Origin: a virus
Reading direction: 5' to 3' (one strand)
DNA length: 64,000 nucleotides
Virus record (IMG/VR): IMGVR_UViG_3300025132_007963
Span: 32,001 to 96,000 of that record
The notes below the pieces were generated by a model, which was not told where the DNA came from, made no database searches, and was given only the letters and a program-made list of their open reading frames with translations. Below are positions 1 through 8,061 of the stretch, in pieces. Within the stretch, counting starts at the first letter, position 1; each line of letters begins with the position of its first letter. Position numbers and translations under genes: made by a program.

Positions 1-133
1 CTTTCTTGTCGAAAGGCTTCACACACGCACTGCACTCTACTGGAAGTCTATCAAACATAGACATCTTTTCTTGTAGTTCTTTTTCTGCAGCTTTTTGCTT
101 TTTTCTACGAAGTTTTCTACCAGCAGATGACAC
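1..133 (-). CDS. hypothetical protein, partial (runs off window start)
   Basis: Not in the ORF track. GTG at 133 overlaps the dut TAG; frame is open to base 1 and reads VSSAGRKLRRKKQKAAEKELQEKMSMFDRLPVECSACVKPFDKK (CxxC). Confidence 0.55.
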   Translation of the reverse strand, partial: MSSAGRKLRRKKQKAAEKELQEKMSMFDRLPVECSACVKPFDKK

Positions 134-603
134 TAAAAGTCCCCCGTGCTTCCGAACCCGCCGGTGCCTCTCTGTGTATTCTCGCCATACACATTGTCCT
201 CATGGATCTCCTCAACCTCGCAGGCATTGATTGGCACCAAAACAGCCTGGGCCAGCTTTTGACCTGGCTCAATAACTGCAATGTCTTCACCAATATTATT
301 TAAATTTACGAAGACCTCTCCGTCATAGCCGCTGTCAACTACGCAAGCACCGACAACCAGTCGCTTCTTTGTTGCAACACCAGACTTATTTTTGATTTCA
401 AGCATAAAGCCAGGAGGCACACCTACCTTTAGCCCTGTTGGAATAAGGGCACCATGATGTGGGCCAATCCTAATTTGCTCGCAACCATCAAATGACTTAC
501 TGCGCTCGTTTGGACAATAAAACAAGTCCATACCAGCATCAGTTGGATACGCCCTCACTGGAAGCTTCGCTCCCTCTCTCATTTTAAACACCTTTAGTCT
601 CAT
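133..603 (-). CDS. dut: trimeric dUTPase
   Basis: Motifs AGMDL, KSG, GACVVDSGYDGE, AQAV and C-terminal RGTGGFGSTG. Confidence 0.97.
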   Translation of the reverse strand: MRLKVFKMREGAKLPVRAYPTDAGMDLFYCPNERSKSFDGCEQIRIGPHHGALIPTGLKVGVPPGFMLEIKNKSGVATKKRLVVGACVVDSGYDGEVFVNLNNIGEDIAVIEPGQKLAQAVLVPINACEVEEIHEDNVYGENTQRGTGGFGSTGDF

Positions 604-956
604 TATTTTCCCCTTTTTAATTTTTTTAGTTTGTCAAAATCTAAGCCCATTACTCTCATAAGTTCTTGATATCGAGTTTTAAATTTTAAACCATGTGGGT
701 GATTCTTTATTAAACTCGTATCAGTTTGTGGACTAAGAGCCCATTTTATTTGCTGAATCACTGCTTTTAACTTATCGTCGATAAACGATGATGGTAGATT
801 ACGATGTGCAATGTAAGGCAAAAGGAAACACCTAGCTATGGTTTCATACTCTTTCTGTCTAAGATTGTAATGGTTTATATTATTAGTCTTATAAAAGTAA
901 GTTATCTCTTGTGCCAGGGATTGTCTTTCTACAAAATTCCATTGTATCCTTTTCAC
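603..956 (-). CDS. hypothetical protein
   Basis: 117-aa ORF filling the gap between MTase and dut; TAATG overlap with dut; no recognisable motif. Confidence 0.7.
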   Translation of the reverse strand: MKRIQWNFVERQSLAQEITYFYKTNNINHYNLRQKEYETIARCFLLPYIAHRNLPSSFIDDKLKAVIQQIKWALSPQTDTSLIKNHPHGLKFKTRYQELMRVMGLDFDKLKKLKRGK

Positions 957-964
957 GTTTCTCC

Positions 965-2053
965 TTAATAGTTATTAGTTGCAACAAAGTGATTTGCATT
1001 TGAATCTTTATGTGTCATTCTATCTCTATACTGAATAGAATACCGATAATTATAATCTGCCACAATATAATCATCATACAGTTCTTCAGTCAACTCATCT
1101 CTATTGATGATGATCATTACTTTGGATTTAGTGTTCCGGAACCATTCAGCTAACTCTCGATGGTCCTGTTCGCGGAACTGGCCAGCTGGGTGGTAATCTG
1201 TGAACTGCCTAGTATATGGTGGATCGAGAAAAACAAAATCGTCTTTTGTTGCATTTTGTACACTGTACTTCCAATCACCATGTGTAATAATGCTATTATT
1301 TAATATGGCCTGGATGTCAGAAACAGACTGATCAATACCCTTGAAAGATTTATACCAACCATAAGGCACATTAAACTTGCCTTCATTAGAAAATCTAAGC
1401 ATACCAGAAAAGGATAGTTGTCTCATTAAATAAAAACTGACTGCCTTGTCAAAGTCGCTGGTAAAGTCCGTATCTCTATAGTAATAGAAGTATCTATCTG
1501 CGATATCGTTTATCTCTTTATTAACTTGATCCTTTAAGTCTTTTACAATGATTTTTTGATCATTAATCTCGTTACACCTCGAAGACAGCTTAGATATAGC
1601 ATCGTTCAAAGTATCTTCTTTGCAACTTGCAATCAGTGTTTCTTCGCTATCCTTTTTAATACCCTGCAAAATCTTTAGTGCAGCCTTAACGGTCGAATGA
1701 TTAGAGGAGTGAAGCTTAGACAACTTTAACTGCTGCTTAGTTAGTCGCTGTTCCGCTTTAGCATCTCTTTTGACACTTGCCATCTCTTTGTTATAGTTTG
1801 CACTCAGTCTATTAATTTCTTTAACAAGTCTAATGGTATCGTTCTTCATCACATGATAGAAGCTAATGACATCCTCATAATTATCATTAACTACATTGGT
1901 GTGATGAGCCAAATGTAACCATATAGCGCCGGCACCAACAAAAGGTTCATAGAAAGTATTAAAACTCTTTGGCTTTAGTTTTTCAACTGTTGGTATTTCT
2001 TTTCTTTTGCCACCACTATACTTAAAGAAGGGCTTTAAAGGTTTAATACTCAC
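965..2053 (-). CDS. Dam/DpnM-family N6-adenine DNA methyltransferase with a helical insertion
   Basis: KYSGGK; SAM-binding YEPFVGAGA; FSGMLRFSNEGKFNVPYG; catalytic FLDPPY. GTG start with GGAG RBS overlaps the upstream TAG. Confidence 0.93.
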   Translation of the reverse strand: MSIKPLKPFFKYSGGKRKEIPTVEKLKPKSFNTFYEPFVGAGAIWLHLAHHTNVVNDNYEDVISFYHVMKNDTIRLVKEINRLSANYNKEMASVKRDAKAEQRLTKQQLKLSKLHSSNHSTVKAALKILQGIKKDSEETLIASCKEDTLNDAISKLSSRCNEINDQKIIVKDLKDQVNKEINDIADRYFYYYRDTDFTSDFDKAVSFYLMRQLSFSGMLRFSNEGKFNVPYGWYKSFKGIDQSVSDIQAILNNSIITHGDWKYSVQNATKDDFVFLDPPYTRQFTDYHPAGQFREQDHRELAEWFRNTKSKVMIIINRDELTEELYDDYIVADYNYRYSIQYRDRMTHKDSNANHFVATNNY

Positions 2054-2667
2054 TAATTGTTCTCCATTAATTTTTTCCCAAAGCGTAGAAATATATCATA
2101 ATATTCTTTTCTCTCTATGTCAACACCTAAAAGATCAAAAAGGTCTCTTGGGAACATAACATTTACTTTAGAGTTTTTTGCAACCTGTAGTTTACTTTTA
2201 TGCGGGCAATCTTCTTCATCATAAACAGCCCAGTTAAATAAGCTAGCCTCAACTTGATAATCTGGATATTGACTCTTGCACCACTTTTCAATATGATTAA
2301 TTTTATTTAATGTTGCTGGTAATTTCTCGGTATCTAGATCGATATTTCCTTTTAGTTCAGAATAGTATATCTTCTTTTTAATGTCACTCTTGAAGAGAAA
2401 ATCAACATCCTTCTTCTTGCCTCCCTTTCCAATGCCGGCAATAAGACCACTGGGCATATTGCTAAAACCACTGGCACGGTCGACAAACAACATGAAAAAC
2501 TTTTCAGCAAATCTTCCCATTTTAATACACGTTGATTGCTTTGAGGGTTGGTTTCTCCATAACAACCACTTAACACTTCCAATTGATGTTTGTGTCACTC
2601 CATTGGCAACCATACTTTCTAACAAATTGTTTGCTTCCTGTTCAATGCTGCTGTCATATTGAATCAT
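2053..2667 (-). CDS. putative PD-(D/E)xK endonuclease (restriction enzyme-like)
   Basis: Pattern GRFAEKFF...DVDFLF...YYSELKGN matches E...D...(D/E)xK spacing; translationally coupled to the MTase. Confidence 0.6.
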   Translation of the reverse strand: MIQYDSSIEQEANNLLESMVANGVTQTSIGSVKWLLWRNQPSKQSTCIKMGRFAEKFFMLFVDRASGFSNMPSGLIAGIGKGGKKKDVDFLFKSDIKKKIYYSELKGNIDLDTEKLPATLNKINHIEKWCKSQYPDYQVEASLFNWAVYDEEDCPHKSKLQVAKNSKVNVMFPRDLFDLLGVDIERKEYYDIFLRFGKKLMENN

Positions 2668-2692
2668 TTTTTTCCTTTCTTTTTATGTTCTT

Positions 2693-2721
2693 AATATAAC
2701 AAAGCGGGAATGCTTTGTCAA
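2693..2721 (-). promoter_or_regulatory. sigma70-type promoter
   Basis: TTGACA-17 nt-TATATT, 26 nt upstream of the endonuclease ATG. Confidence 0.85.
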
Positions 2722-2735
2722 GACATTCCCGCTTT
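2701..2735. repeat. 12-bp perfect inverted repeat overlapping the promoter
   Basis: AAAGCGGGAATG (2701-2712) / CATTCCCGCTTT (2724-2735); the -35 hexamer lies between the arms. Confidence 0.9.
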
Positions 2736-2789
2736 AAAAATCAAAATAAAATTGCTTTTGCGATTTGTAAAGCTTTTTTTGAACTTTTT

Positions 2790-5700
2790 TTAGCCCAATA
2801 ATTTGAAGCCTGACGCGACCCTTCGACTGCTGAAACCCCACTGGGGAGAGTAGTCCAGCTTCGCCATGTAGGGTCTATTCAAGTGAATGACATCTTTGCC
2901 TGGCCTGACACCCCAACACTTAATCGTATTGATCTCGCTATTACTATCAATCACCCTGACAATGTAATAATCCTTGTTATTCTTTGTCTTCTTCTTGATG
3001 ATCTCGCGAGGGATAAACCAAGTCACTTGAAGCTGTTGATCAAACTCGCTAATAGGCGGTATATACAGCTCCTCAAGCCTTCTTAGGGTATTCTCATCCA
3101 TAACTAAGCTCATTGGAAACACGCCCGTTAAATCGACCAAATATTGAATTTTTTCTTCCTCTGTAAAGTCACCTTCAGGGCGATAAGTCTCAATATTCTC
3201 AACAAGATTCTTTTCCTTTCTTGGTCGATCAAGAGCCACCGCAGCATGAAAATGCTTAAGACCATCAAATCGATCATCCATTAGACAATTAAGTGTCTGG
3301 CTCCTGACGAGGGCATCGAGCGCTTTCTTATTGAGTTTGCTGTAAATAATTTCCTCATGAAATAAGAATTCTTCAATGGCATGGAAAGGTCGATGCAGCT
3401 TTATTTGTTCAATCGCCTTATCACCTAAGCCCTTGATAGATGTAAGTGGTTGAATTAGAGTTTTTCCATCATCAGATATCTCCCACACGGTGCCTGAAGT
3501 ATTGATATTTAAAGGTTCGATGTTAAAACCATAGCTCTTTGCAATATTAATTGCTCTCTCCTTGCGAGTATCAGGCTCCTTATCAAGGAAAGCAGCCATC
3601 CACTCAGCCGGATAATAGTTCAAGAGCCAGGCACACTGATAGGACAGGACACAATAAGAAACCGCATGAGATTTATTAAAGCCATATCCAGAAAAATATT
3701 CAAACTTTTCCCACAGCTCTTTGGCTTCGTGCTTTTTCATACCCTTCTCTAGACACCCAGCTTCAAACTTACACCATATCTTATCTTTTTGTTCTTGTAC
3801 CTCTCCAGTGCCCTTCTTTGTCAAGAGCTTTCGAAGTTTGTTGCCGTCATCCAGTGACAAGTCCTTACCCAACTTGTGTGCCAACATGGCGATCTGTTCT
3901 TGAAAAATAAGAAAGCCGTGAGTTTCTTGAGTTACTTCTCTGATTGTTTCGTTAGCATAGTCGACATCCATTGGATTGTGTTTGGCACTAACGTATATCT
4001 TATCCACTCCAGCGGAGAGAGGGCCAGGGCGGTATATACTAGTAATAGCAGCCAGATCAATGATATTATCTGGTTTAGCTCTTTTACAAAAGCTTTGAGC
4101 GCCTGCTTCTGTGAACTGAAAGATCCCTGCCCATTTTCCATTCTGAAATATATTCTCCCACACTTCTTTATTATCTAATTCCAAAACGTCTGGATGTAAG
4201 TTTTCATCGTAATACTTCTTAACATCCTCGAACGATGGCTCTTCAATATCGTGATGCCTTCGCAGCACATGCTTGATTGCATCCTCAAGCATACGTAGTG
4301 AGGCAAGACCAAGAATATCAAACTTAATAAAACCCATCGGCTCTAGATGTCGAACATTCTGTCCTTCTGACCATGGAGTTTGCCTAACACCACCGCTGTT
4401 AATTAATGGCATCCACTCATCCAAGTTCTCACCAACCACAACACCGCCAGCATGACGAGATGCTGACCTCGTTTGACCGTAGAGAGCATTAACGTGAGTT
4501 TTAATATCTGGATACTTTTGAAGGAAAGCCTTGAGGCTTTCTGAATATTTCATTAACTCTTCAAAGGTTGGACTATAAACACCAGCTGTAATTCCATGAT
4601 CCTTCTTAGCTAAGGGTGTTGCTTCATAGATCATTTTACCTGTTACATTGTTAACCTCTGTAAAAGGAATTTGATAAAACTTTGATATATCCTTTATCAG
4701 GGATCGCAGCTGCAGTGTATTCCAGTTTGTAATTGGGACGACCATGTTATCACCCCACTCATCAATTAGTTGTTCCTTCAAGGTCATGGGATCCGCAACG
4801 TCATAATCAATATCAGGATATCCGGAACCACCCTTTGTAAGAAACCTTTCAAACTGAAGGCCATACTTGATGGGATCAACTTGCGTTATACCTAGAGCAT
4901 ACGCCACTAATGACCCTGCAGCTGATCCTCGACCAGGACCAACAAGCTGTCGCTTAAGAGCTTTATCTGATATTGCTTTCATCGTTAGAAAGTATTTACT
5001 AAATCCACGAGAATCAATGATGCTGACCTCTCTTTCTAAACGTTTGACATACTCTTTATTGTTCGCGAAGCCCAATCTACGAGCACCCTCAATCGACAGT
5101 TTTGCCAGGGCAAGTCGGGGAGTTGTATCGGGCGGCACAACAAAATCAGGCAAGCGGACAGTGTTATCAGGCCAAAACTTTTCAATTCTTTCGCTGGCGA
5201 TTTGATGCGTCCTTTTAATAGATTCTAAAATCAAGTCATCATCATATTCAAAGTCAGTCATCTTCGAATACTTCTTATATGCCTCCCACATTTGATCGCC
5301 ATTCTTAGGGTATAACTCATAACCAACCTCTTCAACGTCAACGGGCAGCTCCTCTGACATCCACTCTGGGCGCTTGCCTAGCCAGCCTAGTCGCTTGTAC
5401 AGCTCCCTATCCTTCCAGGCGTCAGGACTGTAGTAGTGACTATCAGCAGTGGAAATTAGCTCTACACCAAACTCTCTATGCATCTCGATGATGTATTGAT
5501 TAAGTTCATTTTGCTCTGGGACGTTGTTCCATTGCAACTCACCATACCAACGATCACCGAAAATCTGCATCATCTTTGTGGTAACTTGCCTCATGGAGTT
5601 CAGAATGGCGTCTCTACCTTGGTCTCTGTTCTCCCAATAACAACCGGCATATACTCCCCCCAAGCATGCACTAGCCGCAATGATGCCTTCGTTGTGTTTA

Positions 5701-6245
5701 CGCAGCATGGCATAATCAACTCTTGGAAATCTATAAAAGTTTTCTTTCTTGTAACTTGAAGAAATCAATTTAAATATATTCTTGAGCCCTGTTGGGTTTT
5801 GAGCCAATAGTATTAAATGCCTTCTTCTATTTAGAAGATTTTTGATTTGCTTCTTTGATGCCTCATCTTCAACGGTTGCACCAGACTGAGCGCTCTCGCT
5901 TTTCTTCTTAGATTTCTCTTGCTTTTTTACATTATCGTACTCCTCTCTCCAATTTGCAATGGATGGTATAAAGTAAGCCTCAACACCATAAATTGGCTTA
6001 AAGTCCTTACCTTCTTTGTGCATCTTCTTAGCATGTAACACCTGGTGGGCTAGACCATTTGCATTGCCGTGATCAGTAAGAGCTAAAGCATCCATACCAT
6101 TTTTGAAAGCAAAATCCATGTGTTCTTCGGGGTACCCCAAAGCATCAAAGATACTTCCTGCAACTGAATGTGCATGAAGGCCCACAAAAGGGATCTCGGA
6201 AACGGTTCTATCTTTAAAGGTCTTCAATGATCCCCTCCAATTCAT
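2790..6245 (-). CDS. dnaE: DNA polymerase III alpha subunit (family C)
   Basis: PHP domain (LHAHS, ALTDHG, ADSHY), GRGSAAGS, catalytic PDIDYD, SRHAGG, GYGFNKSHA, C-terminal OB fold; no intein evident. Confidence 0.97.
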   Translation of the reverse strand: MNWRGSLKTFKDRTVSEIPFVGLHAHSVAGSIFDALGYPEEHMDFAFKNGMDALALTDHGNANGLAHQVLHAKKMHKEGKDFKPIYGVEAYFIPSIANWREEYDNVKKQEKSKKKSESAQSGATVEDEASKKQIKNLLNRRRHLILLAQNPTGLKNIFKLISSSYKKENFYRFPRVDYAMLRKHNEGIIAASACLGGVYAGCYWENRDQGRDAILNSMRQVTTKMMQIFGDRWYGELQWNNVPEQNELNQYIIEMHREFGVELISTADSHYYSPDAWKDRELYKRLGWLGKRPEWMSEELPVDVEEVGYELYPKNGDQMWEAYKKYSKMTDFEYDDDLILESIKRTHQIASERIEKFWPDNTVRLPDFVVPPDTTPRLALAKLSIEGARRLGFANNKEYVKRLEREVSIIDSRGFSKYFLTMKAISDKALKRQLVGPGRGSAAGSLVAYALGITQVDPIKYGLQFERFLTKGGSGYPDIDYDVADPMTLKEQLIDEWGDNMVVPITNWNTLQLRSLIKDISKFYQIPFTEVNNVTGKMIYEATPLAKKDHGITAGVYSPTFEELMKYSESLKAFLQKYPDIKTHVNALYGQTRSASRHAGGVVVGENLDEWMPLINSGGVRQTPWSEGQNVRHLEPMGFIKFDILGLASLRMLEDAIKHVLRRHHDIEEPSFEDVKKYYDENLHPDVLELDNKEVWENIFQNGKWAGIFQFTEAGAQSFCKRAKPDNIIDLAAITSIYRPGPLSAGVDKIYVSAKHNPMDVDYANETIREVTQETHGFLIFQEQIAMLAHKLGKDLSLDDGNKLRKLLTKKGTGEVQEQKDKIWCKFEAGCLEKGMKKHEAKELWEKFEYFSGYGFNKSHAVSYCVLSYQCAWLLNYYPAEWMAAFLDKEPDTRKERAINIAKSYGFNIEPLNINTSGTVWEISDDGKTLIQPLTSIKGLGDKAIEQIKLHRPFHAIEEFLFHEEIIYSKLNKKALDALVRSQTLNCLMDDRFDGLKHFHAAVALDRPRKEKNLVENIETYRPEGDFTEEEKIQYLVDLTGVFPMSLVMDENTLRRLEELYIPPISEFDQQLQVTWFIPREIIKKKTKNNKDYYIVRVIDSNSEINTIKCWGVRPGKDVIHLNRPYMAKLDYSPQWGFSSRRVASGFKLLG

Positions 6246-6420
6246 CCTTGAATTGATTCACGGAAGTCTTAACCTCTGATAATGTGTCTGTTAAAGTTTC
6301 AAACAATAGTCTATCAAGAAATATCTCTTGTTCCTTTGTTAAGCTCATAAAGTTAATTGGAAATCCAACATCCTCTTTGACTGAGCTTGGTAAGTTATTG
6401 TATATTTTATGCATTCTCAT
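6214..6420 (-). CDS. small hypothetical protein
   Basis: 68-aa ORF overlapping both neighbours in operon fashion. Confidence 0.55.
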   Translation of the reverse strand: MRMHKIYNNLPSSVKEDVGFPINFMSLTKEQEIFLDRLLFETLTDTLSEVKTSVNQFKDELEGIIEDL

Positions 6421-7295
6421 TTTGCCACCCCCAAGTATTCATTTTTTTTAAACATCTTATCACTCGGTCTCATTATTTGCACCCTTTCTTTTGAAGAAAT
6501 ATATTCTGCATAGCTTTCCCAAGAATCAATTTTGAAATACCAATTTAGGTTTGCCACATTCGATTTATCCACTATAGCATTTTTAAATATTTTGTCAAGA
6601 CTAAAATGCCTAGAGGACCATCTTTCAGAAATCGTCAAACTTTTGTCACCGCCAGTACAAGAATTCTTAACATAGTTAACATAAGACTTATATTCATTTC
6701 CATCCATTGAAAAACCTAAATATTCTCCATCCTTAACGGTCAAATTGTTGTGAGATAGAAAAAACGGTTTATTTGTAGATATTTCTTTTCTGTGTTTTTT
6801 TACAATCTCTGGTGGATAAACACCATATGGGAAAGATACATAGTACCTGTTTGGTATCATCCACTTACTAATTTTATAGCTAATAATATACGCTGTTAAG
6901 GCACCATGCATTATTGACCAACCATAACTATCTCTACGATCACGGTCGCGAGGATGGATTGGGGTGTAAAAAATTGGTATTTGACGACGATGTTCGCTGG
7001 GGTATTTAACAAATTTACTCTTTTCTAAGTGATACGGATCTTCAATGTAATCGCCCATCCTGTGCTTTATTAAGGGTTGCATATCATCATTGCAAACAAT
7101 CCATATCGTTTCACAGCCTGCATATGCACACTCAACTACAGATCTTTCTATAGCTAAATAATTTTTTGCAATTGGCTGCAGACAATCATGCCAAGGAAAC
7201 TGAAAATCTAATTCTTGACCTGCTACGGGAATAATACCTGCAAGGTGAAAGTTTCTTGTACTTTGTGGGGTTTCATTTACCATATTTTGCAACAA
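6417..7295 (-). CDS. nucleotidyltransferase-like (sugar-phosphate NTP transferase fold) protein, divergent
   Basis: LAGIIPVAG, then KPxxP-like HDCLQPI, AYAGCETIWIV and YYVSFPYG resemble the NTP_transferase N-terminus. Start may be 7283. Confidence 0.55.
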   Translation of the reverse strand: MLQNMVNETPQSTRNFHLAGIIPVAGQELDFQFPWHDCLQPIAKNYLAIERSVVECAYAGCETIWIVCNDDMQPLIKHRMGDYIEDPYHLEKSKFVKYPSEHRRQIPIFYTPIHPRDRDRRDSYGWSIMHGALTAYIISYKISKWMIPNRYYVSFPYGVYPPEIVKKHRKEISTNKPFFLSHNNLTVKDGEYLGFSMDGNEYKSYVNYVKNSCTGGDKSLTISERWSSRHFSLDKIFKNAIVDKSNVANLNWYFKIDSWESYAEYISSKERVQIMRPSDKMFKKNEYLGVAK

Positions 7296-8061
7296 TTTCG
7301 CCAGCTGACATGTTAATAAATTTAATACTTTTAGAATTCTTGTAGTATACTTTACTGATAGACCTAACCTCTCTGAAATTTGCCTCGATCTTTATTGGAA
7401 AACGTTTTTGTTTCCCGTTACCATCAAAGCCGGATTTGGATCCCAATATTCCTTTTTCCCTCATTAATGATTCTATTTTGAACCTTGCCACTGTATCAGA
7501 GTAATCAAAATTATTTAATTGTTCATCATCCATGTATGAGATTGATACGAGGTCTTTTAGACCTCTATCACCATCAATTCTTACGGAATTGTAAAAATAT
7601 ACATCTTTTACGAAGTCATCCTCCGTATTGATTACCTCTACATCATGAGAAGCTCCAGATCGCACATTAAACCAGTCCAATACCATATACTTGGGTTCTT
7701 CTTTCTTTAGGATTATATTGTCACAAATCACTTTGTCATTGTCAAATATATAACACTTTTTGAAACTAATAATTACTTTATCAGTTTGTTTCAAAAAAAG
7801 CGATATTTTCTTTTCTTCAATTCTCAGCGATGTTGCATTTTTGCTAAATGGCGCGAGGCCTTTCATGCTAAGCTCAAAAAGCAACAAAGACCAAATCTCA
7901 TTTTTTTTTCGGCCAAAAAAATTTGGCAATTCGAAGTTTACGACTTCAAAAGGATACGGAGAATTTGTAGAGGTTACTACTATTGGATATTCATTCAAGT
8001 ATGAATACAGCACCGCTTCAATGCTGTGCCCAACAACAATGTTGTCGTAATGAAGCTCCAT
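7273..8061 (-). CDS. hypothetical protein with degenerate Rossmann/FAD-binding-like N-terminus
   Basis: YDNIVVGHSIEAVLYSY resembles a beta-alpha dinucleotide-binding start but lacks a full GxGxxG. Confidence 0.45.
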   Translation of the reverse strand: MELHYDNIVVGHSIEAVLYSYLNEYPIVVTSTNSPYPFEVVNFELPNFFGRKKNEIWSLLLFELSMKGLAPFSKNATSLRIEEKKISLFLKQTDKVIISFKKCYIFDNDKVICDNIILKKEEPKYMVLDWFNVRSGASHDVEVINTEDDFVKDVYFYNSVRIDGDRGLKDLVSISYMDDEQLNNFDYSDTVARFKIESLMREKGILGSKSGFDGNGKQKRFPIKIEANFREVRSISKVYYKNSKSIKFINMSAGEIVAKYGK

